From Iphione sp. A-MEVVRFRX5 (Eukaryota), in the NCBI GenBank assembly GCA_976226885.1, contig OZ320313.1:106206001-106270000 (forward strand): a stretch of DNA of 64,000 bases. The letters run 5' to 3'. Below the pieces are notes generated by a model. That model worked only from the letters and a program-made list of their open reading frames with translations. It was not told the origin of the DNA and ran no database searches. Within the stretch, counting starts at the first letter, position 1. Each line of letters starts with the position of its first letter. The position numbers were made by a program, and so were the translations under genes. Shown here one piece after another: positions 61,521 through 64,000 of this stretch.

Positions 61521-62814
61521 GAAAAGAAAAGGTTGCTGAGGGAGAACAGGCGGGATCGAGAGGGAAAACAGCAAACTCCAAGAACATAAGCGATTTCTAA
61601 ACTATGTCACGGGGTACTTCCCTGCAAGATTGTGTAAAGTGCGTCACCGAGTAATGACGCACATTCCAGAAATTCGTTCTGGCTATTTTTCGGTTAAAGT
61701 TACCGACGGCAATCTATTATTGCTCAACAATATCAAAAAGCATGACACACGTCGCCATTTTTCTTGCATTTCTGGTGTCTGCAGTAATTCTGACATTCGT
61801 TTATTCATGCACTGTAGCACATAACAACTACCAAAAACTACTGAAAACTACATGTACTTGTATCGCCACAAATCAAACTGTAACTTTTGACAGTTAAATA
61901 TTTGACATTGAAATATGTTGTGAAAAATACTACAATTACGCAAAACTGGAAAGTATAAGATGCACTGAAATATAAAATATACTTAAATGCAAAAGGGTCT
62001 AAATATGATAACAGCATTCATAATATGGACTAGAATCTGAATTTGTTAAATAGGGATTACACTAATGGTCAAGTAGAAGAGGAGACGTTGGAATAAAACA
62101 CGCATATGTTAAAAATAAAGTATGGTGCATGAAAGTAGTTTTACGAGAAACCACCATACAACCAACGTTCTGTTTCATAGCTGAAATATAACTTCCTATA
62201 AGGTGGTTTGGCTAGGCTGGGTGGGTGGGGGTCTCTCACTATGTCCACCTGGTGGACAAGGCATACATTAAAATCAAGCTTACTGGTAGATAGTTCCATC
62301 TAAAGAATGCGACCCTAATTTGACCTTACGTTACGTGAGAGGATAGAATCACAAGGTCAAGACGGAGGGTCAGATAGTCAGACAGCGGTAATCCTGAGGT
62401 TTCCCTGACGGAGGAGACAAATAGGATTTACTTCAGCAGAAAATCATTCTTACTGCTAAATACTTCCAACTAAAAACGTGCCACTCTATTAACTAAATAC
62501 ATACATGAATATACTACATGTTGCATACACTTATTTCCTCAGTAAGCATGTACAGTCAAACCCCCTTTAGCAGGAATCTTAAACAAGGAATTCTTTCCAT
62601 ATCTGGATGAGTTTCCAAGCTACAAACTCTCAACTGTCTGTACGTTCAAGTCTATTTTATCCGGATTTCTCTTTATCTGGATGAAACAAGAAACCTAGAG
62701 TCCGCATAAATGAATGTAATCCTGGTTGCAATCAATTAATGTATTCTGTACAAGAAACTGTCATGCCCAAATCAATAATCATGGACTAATACTAAGCTAT
62801 AGAAGAGACCTTAC

Positions 62815-64000
62815 CTAGCAGGGCTTGTAGACTGGCGCTGCACTGAGTGAGTCGGTCGCCAGGGTCAGAGGTCGGGAAGAAGACGCCAGCCGGGATGCCG
62901 TTGGCAGCCGCCTCAAAGCGGAAGCCTACGGAGGAGAGCAGGTCCTGCCAGCCTGCCACGTCCCCCACTTTGTTCTCTATACTCATCTGCGTGGTGTACA
63001 TGGCGTTCCGCTGCCCCTGGTGAATGCGCTGGAGGGACTTCTCCACCAGGTGGAGCACCACCCTCATAGCCTCCCTGGAGCGGGCTGGTTGCTGAAGCAG
63101 CTGACAGAGGGCGTGACCCATCAAGGCCACCTTACTGGAGAGCTTCACATCGCTGCCCACCAGCACCCAGCTGGCCCAGTTGGCAGGGTGGGCGAACTGC
63201 CGGGTGCCCTGCACGGCCCGCATGGCGTCGGCAAGGGCGCGGCTGGCGGTGAGACCTCGCAGGAGGCCGGTGTAGAAGGCTTTCAGGAGGCCCCTGGAGG
63301 CCTGCTCCGGGACGGGCCACAAGGAGAAGAGCACGGACTGAGCGCCGGCCGCCAGCAGGGCGCGGGTCACCCCCACCACGCCGTCCGAGTTGATGCGACC
63401 GGCGCGGTCGTCGCTATGTCCAGAGCTCAGCACCACCAGGCGGGCCCCTATCCGCATGTTGAGGACGTCGGCCGCGGTCAGCAGGAAGTCGGCTAGCGGC
63501 GGTCCGTCGTCCAGGCCTCCACTAACGCTACCGCCTCCCGCGCCGTCGTTCAGTTCCATCCGCTCCAGGCGACCACCCTGCCCTCCTGAGGCCCCGCCTC
63601 CACCGGTCGTAGTGGTGGTGGTGGAAGGAGAGGAAAACTCACCAGGGGAAAGTACAATGGCAGCTAGCTTCCAGGATACGTGCGTACTCATGTGGAGCAC
63701 CTCGGCGCGCGGCGCCATACGTACCACATTCTCCTTAGACGCCTGCAGCCCGCTCAGCGGCTTGGCTCCTAGAATCTCCCCCAAGATGCGGCATTCCTGG
63801 TCGGCGGCCGGCAGGGGGCTCCACTGCCACTGTTCGTGCACACACGCGGGCAGCTTGGGGTTGCTCACCAATACGGAGCCCGAGCAGTCCGGGTCGTACC
63901 GACTGGGCGTCTGCTCGCGAGCCTGGCCAGCCTGCAGACTGCGGATAGAGGGCGCCACGATCAGATTGAAGCGTTCGTAGAGGCACTGGGCGCCCTGCGT
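62815..64000 (-). CDS. TTC28: TTC28 (TPR repeat protein 28 / TPRBK) exon encoding the CHAT (caspase-HetF-like) domain; open frame continues beyond the window edge
   Basis: The frame is open from 64000 (TQGAQCLYERFNLIVAPSIRSL...). It contains the CHAT motifs AEVLHMSTHVSWKLAAIVLSP, LVVLSSGHS and FAHPANWASWVLVG, followed by LVEKSLQRIHQGQRNAMYTTQMSIENKVG...VFFPTSDPGDRLTQCSASLQALLG, which I recognise as the TTC28 post-CHAT region. Phase-1 donor CTA G|GTAAGG, intron starting at 62814. Confidence 0.95.

Noticed and set aside
5768-61587. Many 60-140-aa ORFs containing ERERER, LSLSLS, CVCVCV or THTHTH
   Set aside because: They are translations of GA/CT/GT microsatellites, not genes.
63020-63986. Antisense and alternative-frame ORFs over the CHAT exon
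   Set aside because: Shadow ORFs of GC-rich coding sequence.

Overview
This is eukaryotic (invertebrate deuterostome) genomic DNA. Branchiostoma-like origin is inferred from the TTC28 protein sequence, the compact introns and the frequent TACATGTA; it is not proven. The right end (54110-64000, minus strand) holds the last five coding exons of a TTC28/TPRBK orthologue: the CHAT domain, the conserved post-CHAT region, and a ~1330-aa disordered terminal exon ending in SSKC. All four introns are GT-AG and phase-consistent. One TTC28 intron carries a ~12-copy, ~60-bp minisatellite built from the exon's own 3' splice junction, giving a tandem array of potential alternative or decoy acceptors. The remaining ~52 kb contains no protein-coding gene I can recognise. 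It looks like a regulatory landscape: about 15 GC/CpG-rich islands with homotypic transcription-factor motif clusters (CTGACCACC x7, paired-homeodomain P3 sites, a PBX-MEIS decamer, CTCF-like motifs), often flanked by long GA/GT microsatellites. Between the islands lies AT-rich DNA with PIF/Harbinger-type (TWA TSD) and Tc1/mariner-pogo-type (TA TSD) MITEs, a tRNA-derived SINE, a decayed CR1/L2-type LINE RT, palindromic elements and a 180-N assembly gap. I found no prokaryotic-type systems (CRISPR, operons). Regulatory and cryptic-exon calls are motif-level inferences only.
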